Below, piece by piece: positions 63,430 through 64,000 of a stretch of DNA of 64,000 nt. How positions within the stretch are numbered: position 1 is the stretch's first letter; each line of letters starts with the position of its first letter. Origin of the DNA: Callorhinchus milii. Taxonomy: Eukaryota. Where the stretch lies: the NCBI RefSeq assembly GCF_018977255.1, contig NW_024704742.1:40116001-40180000 (forward strand), in the 5' to 3' direction. The notes under the pieces were generated by a model, which did not search any database, was not told where the DNA came from, and worked only from the letters and a program-made list of their open reading frames with translations. The translations under genes were made by a program, and so were the position numbers.

Positions 63430-64000
63430 TTACAACAACTTGCACTTATATAGCACCCTCATCAGAGGGCAGCGTCTCAAAGCAGTTAACAGTGATGCAG
63501 CCTGACTCCGAGCCGGGGGGAGGATTGGGGTAAGTGGCCGGAAGCACAGTCAAAGAGGAAGGTTTTCAGGTGGGCCTTGAAAAGGGGAGAGCGGGGGCAA
63601 GATGGAGGGATTGAGGGAGAGTGTTACAGAGGTTTGGGGCGTAGTGGCTGAAAGCACAACCTCCGATGGTGGGCGGAGGGTACGAGGGACAAGGAAGAGG
63701 CCAGTGCCAGTCGAGCGGAAACGCAGGTGGTTGATTGGGGAGTGAGGAGGTCAGAGAGGTAGGGAGGTGCCAGAGAGTGAAGGGATTTGAACACTAGTGT
63801 GAGGATCTTGAAGTTGATCCGTTCGGTGATGGGGAGCCAGTGGAGCCCGGCCAGAACTGGTGAGATGTGGGTACGGAGTTTAGTCTGGGTCAGTATGTGG
63901 GCGGCAGAGTTTTGAATGAGTTGAATCTTGTGAATAGTTGAGCTGGGGAGACCAGCGAGGAGTGTGCTGGAGTAATCCCAGTGGGAGGTGACAAATGCAT
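63430..64000 (-). mobile_element. L2 LINE 3' fragment running off the window end
   Basis: Reverse complement reads HAFVTSHWDYSS.LLAGLP...IQNSAA.IL...LHWLP...FKIL.LVFKSLH and ends GGTGCTATATAAGTGCAAG(TTG)n. Confidence 0.85.

Overview
AT-rich vertebrate genomic DNA, almost certainly from a cartilaginous fish (the repeat set of L2, CR1, a tRNA-derived SINE with an L2 tail, Deu-domain SINEs and LF-SINE-like relics suggests this, possibly a chimaera). Two spliced protein-coding genes can be rebuilt from the sequence. (1) A 4-exon stanniocalcin on the minus strand (CDS 30904->20230, 288 aa) with the family's 143- and 212-bp internal exons. It is STC2-like overall but mixes STC1 and STC2 diagnostic features and carries a poly-Gly insert. 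(2) A 6-exon type I Ig-superfamily receptor on the plus strand (55832->61996, ~368 aa: signal peptide, V-set, FCRL-like C2-set, TM, one ITIM). Also present: an HSP70 pseudogene fragment, a mariner transposase relic, a hAT-type MITE, a ~150-bp insertion with a 13-bp TSD that carries a minimal hammerhead ribozyme, a 1.7-kb repeat tract in stanniocalcin intron 1, and many LINE/SINE fragments. Most listed ORFs are chance or repeat-derived. All family assignments come from recalled sequences, not database searches, and repeat boundaries are approximate.
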